Of a stretch of 64,000 bases of DNA, positions 11,701 to 18,400 are shown in pieces. The notes beneath the pieces were generated by a model. It made no database searches. It worked only from the letters and a program-made list of their open reading frames with translations, and was not told the origin of the DNA. The translations under genes were made by a program, and so were the position numbers. This stretch comes from an uncultured Verrucomicrobiae bacterium (lineage in GTDB: Bacteria; Verrucomicrobiota; Verrucomicrobiia; Chthoniobacterales; JAFAMB01), in assembly GCA_963775805.1 (NCBI GenBank), contig CAVZKG010000004.1, positions 70,296-134,295 on the forward strand. Direction: 5' to 3'. The stretch's first letter is position 1. Each line of letters starts with the position of its first letter.

Positions 11701-12422
11701 GTCTCTTCGGGCGTGAGCAGAAGGCTCACTCCTCCGGCTATCGCGAGCGAACATTCACCGGCGCGCAGGCTCTGACACGCGAGATGGATGGCCACAAGCG
11801 AAGACGAGCAAGCAGTGTCGATCGCAATGCTTGGTCCGTGAAGATTCAGCAAGTAAGACAATCGCCCGGCAGCAACCCCATGCGATGTGCCCGAGCTTGT
11901 GTGCGCACCGATCGTTAAAGGATCGCTGAATTGCAATCTGGCGTAATCCGAATTGTAAACGGCAAAGAACACGCCTGTCGTGCTGTCGCTCAATGATTCA
12001 GGCGGATACCCGGCATCACTAAAAGCTTCCCAGGCGACTTCCAGCAGCAACCTTTGTTGCGGATCCATGGCAGCCGCTTCCCGAGGAGCGATCCCGAAGA
12101 ATTCTCCATCGAATTGGTCCACCTGATCCAATAAACCTGCCCAGCGTGTGCTCATTTTTGCAGGAGCAGCCGGGTCAGGATCGTAATATGCTTCGGTATC
12201 CCATCGCTCGCGCGGGATTTCGCGGACGGCATCGGTCCCTGCTTCAAGTATGCGCCAAAATCCTTCAGGCGTTGCAGCGTTACCGGGAAATCGGCAACCA
12301 AGCCCGATGACAGCAATAGGGTCCGACTGGATCAGATCGATCCCGCCCATCTCGGCGCGTAGCCGCTGCGCGGTGAGCGCCAATTTCATGGCAGACATCG
12401 ATTTTGCTCCGTCCGCACTCAT
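5736..12422 (-). CDS. Type I modular PKS, fully reducing module KS-AT-DH-ER-KR-ACP
   Basis: ORF track 5736..12506. The likely start is Met29 ([27 protein letters not shown], ~12422), one nt after the upstream TGA. [32 protein letters not shown], Arg +25, RAFHT. [12 protein letters not shown] and [45 protein letters not shown] (LDD, B-type), [23 protein letters not shown]. Confidence 0.93.
   Translation of the reverse strand: [2228 protein letters not shown]
7002..7949 (-). other. Enoylreductase domain (MDR family)
   Basis: [18 protein letters not shown] ... [33 protein letters not shown] ... GRHTGKIVI. Confidence 0.8.
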
Positions 12423-12423
12423 T

Positions 12424-15400
12424 TCAGTCGCGGCCTCCGTTAAGAAGCGCATTGAGGGCATCCTCGTCGGAAAGTTGCTCAACGTCGGCCAATACGGTTG
12501 AGACACCTTCCGTCGAAGTTGAACCGCTCACGTCCTTTTTATCGTGAACTGCCGCTTCTACCGTGTCCGACAATGACACTTCCATTTTCTCCGCCAAATG
12601 CCCCGCCAGGGCGTAGATTGTCGGGTAGTTCCAGACCATCGTCGCGGACAGTGTCGTCCCAGTGGTTTGCTCGCATCGATTTTTTAATTCGAAGCCCATG
12701 AGCGAATCGAGCCCAAGCATACCCATAGGCTTTTCGATATCGATTGAGTTCGGATCGAGCTTGAGGACCGCCGCCAACAATTTCTTAAGATGCATTTCCA
12801 AGGCTGCGCGTCGCGCGAAGCCCGAACTAATCGCAAGCAACTCATCGCGCATTTGCTCTTGAAACCGCCGGGCCGGAACTTGCGAACTTCTTTGGACCGA
12901 TTCAGGATGGGCAGCCGCTCCAATATCTGCGAGCAACGGAGGCTCTTCGCCCATCGGGAAGGTTTGACGGAATTTTGCCCAATCCATGCGCATCACTGCC
13001 GCCTGGGTCGCGCCTTGCTGGAGTAGTAAATCCAGAGTCTTGACTCCAAGTGACGGTTGAAAACCTAAAATGCCACGTTGTTCCAGCGCTTTTATTGTGC
13101 GCTCTCCCCCCGGCGTTAATGCCAGTCCGGAGCCGTACCAGCCACCCCAGTTTACTCCGAGTGCATGCCGTTTGTTTGCACGTCGATGATGGACGAATGC
13201 GTCGACGAACGCATTCGCTGCGGCGTAACTGGTCTGCCCGGTTTGACCGAGCAGCGCACCGATAGAGGAGCAGCATACAAAGAACTGCAATGGCTCTTCC
13301 GACAAGCATCGTTCAAGAGCGAGAGTGCCGAGGATTTTGGGCCTGAAAACCGCCTCGAAGCTCTTCGAGTCAAGCTGTGGAACAAGGCGGTCGTCCGCTG
13401 CCGCCGCGGCGTGGACTACCCCTCGGACCGGCAACCAACCTTCGTCCCCGAGTATTTTGATTACCTTCAGAATGTCCTGTTCGTCGGCGATATCCGCAGA
13501 GAAGGTTCGTACTACCGCTCCCTCTGCTTCGATCTCCTGGACGCTCGAGACCCGATTAAACTCCGGGGTGCCGCGGTGAAGATTCTCCCACGTCGCTCGC
13601 TCCGGAAGTGGTGTCCGCCCGACAAGAACGATCTTGCGCGCGCCTTGGGCGGCCAGGTTTTGAGCAATCTTTAACCCCATTCCACCGAGTCCACCAGTGA
13701 TCAGGTAACAGCCGGGAATCGACCAATCGACCTGCATTTGCGTGGCCTCGGTTTTCCTTGGCTGGACAAGACGCGGAACGAATCGGATACCGTCGCGAAT
13801 TGAGGACTGATCTTCCTTATCCGGTTTCGTGATTTGCTCAATTATCGCTTCAACATTGTCGGCAATGGACGCGTCCGGATCCAGATCCAGCGATCCCCCC
13901 CAAATCTCTGGATGTTCGACTGCAAGGACCCGGCCCAAACCCCAGAGCGATGCACCTGACAGTGAGGGCAATCGGGATGGATGGGGAGGTTGCGCACCGT
14001 ATGTCACCAGCCATAAACGTGGACCCGTCGGTTGTAGAGGACTGCCGATGATCGACTGCGCCGCGCGGAGAGCATCCGAGAAAAGAGTGACCACCTGGTC
14101 GTATAGAGGTTCGATCTCACCAGGTTCCGGTTGTTCGTTCGTTCCCAATAGAAAAACCACATGGCGGCACGGCAGCGTGGTTGCGGCCAGAGCTGCATCA
14201 ATTGCCTGGCGAATCCGGTCCGGACGACTTGCATCGATCACAAATTGCCCTTTAGCGATAGTCCCGAATGTTTCTCCGCGATCGAGCCTAACAACCTGGT
14301 TACCGCGTAATTTGAGCGACCGGATTGTGGTCTCGCAGAGTGCTGAACCATCACCGAACACCAGCCACGCGCAGGGCCGGGAATCCGCTTGTCCGGTCTT
14401 CTCAATTTCAACCTGTATTTTCGGATGAGGAGCGGTCTTGGCGACAATCACCGCCTGCTCAAATATGCTTGGCTCATTTTCCGGATTTGCTTCAATTCCG
14501 CCTGCGTCGGAGTACCCGGTCGAGAGCAGAAGTTCCTTCCACTTTTCGATCGATAAAAGCGGATGCGAAGATCGCAGATCGGTATCTTCGAACCGCCACC
14601 ATCCTTCGGTCATGCCAAAAACCAAGTCAATCCAGCGGGTTGGCTTGATTCCCTCCAAAAGGGCTAGTAAACCTCCAGACGCCAAAATCGATTCCGTATT
14701 GGCGAGCGAACGGCGAAGATCCCGTGTAGCGTGCAAGACATTCGACGCAATGATTACGTCAAAATGCCGCTCCGTGATTCCCTGGAGCTTGTATGATTTC
14801 TCGACGTCGAAGAGCAAGTAGCGGACAAATGGATATTCCGAGAATCTTTTGCGGGCGTTCTCGAGGAATAATTTTGAAACGTCCGAGAAGACGTATTCGC
14901 ACGGTACATCCTTTAACAGCGGCAACAAGTGAGCCGTGGTGCCTCCCGTCCCAGCTCCAATTTCGAGCACGCGCAAAACTTTCCCTGGTGGGAGCGTTTC
15001 GACGACTTCTTGCAAGAATTCCCGCACCAGCTGGTTCGGTCCCCGCGCCATCCTCGAGCCTTCGTAAAAGTGCGTCGTTTTTTCGACCGACCCTTCAGGG
15101 AAGAGCAGCTGCAGTGGATCGCACACTCCGCGCAATACCTCAGATAAATGGCCGGCGCAGCGTTCAAATAAATCCAGCTCCGCACGGTACTGGGGATAGC
15201 GATCGTTAAGATCGTGAATCGTCAACGCCGAACGGTCCTGCGGTAATCTGGCGATGACCTCCCACTCGTCTCTGACCGCTCGGGCTTTACCTTCTTCGCA
15301 GAGTATCTGCAGCATCCGAGCCACCAACCGGGTATGTTGAGGGGCAATTCCTAATTTTCTGATCAATTCCTCCGTGGAAATATGATCCCCCGGAGCTGGT

Positions 15401-18400
15401 GCCCATCCCAATTCTTGAAACGTGCGAATCACCAGATTTGCGCTGACTACGTCCAGCGCAGCAATCGTTTCCGTCTCTGCATCTGATTCCGTTGGGTGCT
15501 TTGCCAATTCGGTTCGAAGTCGGTTCTCGCATTGTTCAATATCGGGGAGATAGAGCGGATCCGACCGCCGGAGCATTTGCGCGGGAGAACTCCAAGGTTT
15601 CCATTCGACTCCGAACAGCATCCCTGACGCTATTCGGTCTTCCGACGAGGTCAGCGAATCCGGCGATATCGGATGGAAATGGACGGCTTCAATTTCCGCT
15701 ACGATTCGTCCATTCTCATCGGAAACACGGACATCGCCGCGCAGAATACTAGGCGTGGCGTTCTCCGGAGGAACCAGAACCGCATGGCAAATTAATTGAG
15801 TAGCCGTGCTGCGTAAGGCCCTCAAACGCCGAAAGCCACCGAAGCCCCAAAGCGATTCTTCCGTTTCTCTTTTCCCGGCTGTGTGGATACGAGTTAGAAC
15901 AATGGTTTGCAGGGCGGCATCCAGGAGTACTGGGTGGATCAAATAGTCAGAACGCTCCGAAGCGAGGCGTTCGGGCAACCGAATGCGTGCGATCGTTTCC
16001 GATCTACCCGCGTTTGCTTGCTCAACTACTCGAAAAGCCGGGCCGAATTGTGCACCTCTGGCGGCGAAAAGTTCGTAATAGTCGTTTTCAGAAATGGCAG
16101 CCGCACAGCGACTCAAGACCGCGTCTATTTCAAGTCTCTCCGGACTGTCCAAATCTTGTCGAAGAGGTCCTCTGCGCACGATCAATCGGCCTGTCGCATG
16201 CAGAGCCCAATCGAGTTCTGTCTCTTCGAGTCGTTCAGCGCTGTGCAATTCGAATCCTGCGACTCCATCGACCGACGGTTCCAGTACAACGTGAACGATT
16301 CTTTCGCGGTTCTCCGTCAATATCAACGGCCTGTGCACCACAAAATCGTCCACTTCAGCCGGAGTGGAGGAAAATGCTTCCGTTGCACAGGAGAAAACCA
16401 TTTCGGTCATCAATGGCGCCGGCACGACAATTGCCCCGAACACCCGATGGTCTCGCAAAAACCCAAGCGACGCCGGATGCAGAGACGACTCGTAGATGAA
16501 TCCACGAATGCCAGGCGAACTCAATTTGCGGTGGTTCAAAGAGCGTTGAGCAGATTTCAGCGACGGTATTGAGACAGTTGAGAGCACCGGTGTGGGTGGG
16601 GCTTCGAACCAGTGAGGCGTGCGCTGCCATTGATAAGTCGGGAGTTCCGCGACACGGCCGCCGTCCGGGTACACAGTTGACCAATCGATTTTTGCGCCTG
16701 CCGCGTAAATTCCGCCGAGCGATTCAAACATTTGTTGCCGGTCGGAGCGGGCGTGTCGTAACGACGGGAATACATGAGCTTTGCGCGAGACCGAGGCTGC
16801 ACACTGGAGGATCGCGCTGCACAGGACAGGGTGTGGACTCAATTCAACAAACGCGTTGACGCCCGCATCGAGCATCGCGAAGACGGCATCCGCGAAGTGG
16901 ACGGCCTCTCGGATATTACGCTTCCAATAAGCGGCACCAAAATCTTCGTTCGTTGAAAGGGCGCCGGTGACGGTTGAATAGACTGGAACTCTCGCTTTTC
17001 GCGTTGTCAGACCAGAAACCGAGTCGGTCATCTCTGTCAGAAACGGCTCCATTAGAGGGCTATGAAATGCGTACACTCCCTGCAAAATCTTGCTACGCGC
17101 TCCCTCGGATTTAGCTGCTTCCACGATCTCGTTGATCGCCGTTGCCTCGCCAGAGATAACGATCGAGGAGGGGCCGTTGATTGCCGCGACGGATACTCTT
17201 CCGAAATGCTTTCCTATTAGTCGATCGGCCGCGGATCGATTGATTTCCAGCGCAGCCATCCTGCCGGAATTTTCCGCGCGTTGCATCAGGCGGGCGCGAG
17301 TACAGACTACAAGTACAGCCTCCTCAAACGAGAGAATGCCGCCTAGATAGGCCGCGGCGACCTCTCCAACGCTATGACCGACGATCGCGAAAGGGTTGAT
17401 GCCCCACGACCGCCAGACGGCTGCGAGCCCAATTTGCAACGCGAACAAAGCGGGCTGGGCGAATTCGGTCTTGTGCAGCCGGGATTCCGGTTCGTTGCGA
17501 CGCAATTCGTCCAGTAAATCCCAGGTCGCGTGCCGTCTTACTTCGTCGGCGCACCGGGCGACCTCCATGCGGAACGCTGGGTTTGACGCCATAAGCTCAC
17601 GCCCCATGCCCCACCATTGAGGGCCTTGTCCTGAACAAACCAAAGCGATTTGAGACTGTGCGCCGGAACGTACCGTTCCAACAAATGCGTTCGAAGGGTT
17701 TCCACCCTCCGCGAACTCGCGAAGAGTTGAACATAACGCTTCGCGATGGCCGCCAACGACTGCCATGCGGTGTTCGAGATGCGCGTGACGCGCGGCCGCC
17801 GTGTAAACGAAATCGGCCAAGCTGGTGTCGCGTTTCTCTTCAAGCCAGCGCCGGAAGGAGCGCGCTTGGTCTCTTAGAGCATTCGCTGTATGGCCTGAAA
17901 CTGGCAGAACGTAAAGTTTTTCTGTACGGAGATCAACCGGCGCCTCCTGCCATCGCGGGATCGACTGAGCAGGGAGAGCAACGTTATCTTGGCCATCACG
18001 CTCGACCAATTGCCAATCAATCGGCCAGCCCCGAACATAAAGTTCGCCGGCACTTTTTAAGAGCGACAAGCGTTCGTTCTCGGTGCGGCGGCAAGATCCG
18101 ATAGCAATCCCTTCAGCGTCAAGCGCGCCAAGATTTTGCCGCATCGCACCGACCAGCAACGGATGCGGACTGATCTCAAGGAAGAGTGTGCATCCGTCCC
18201 TTGAGAGGCGCTCCACCACAGATCTGAAGAGCACCGGGCGCCGAACATGTTGTGCCCAGTGTTCCGGTCCTAATTCTCCGCCGGCAACATGGTCACCGGT
18301 AACAGAGGAGACGAATTGCGTCGTCGCTCGCGCCGGATTCAATCCGGTCAAAGAGGCCCTTAAAATCTCGGCTGCCGAGTCCATCTGCGGACTGTGTGCC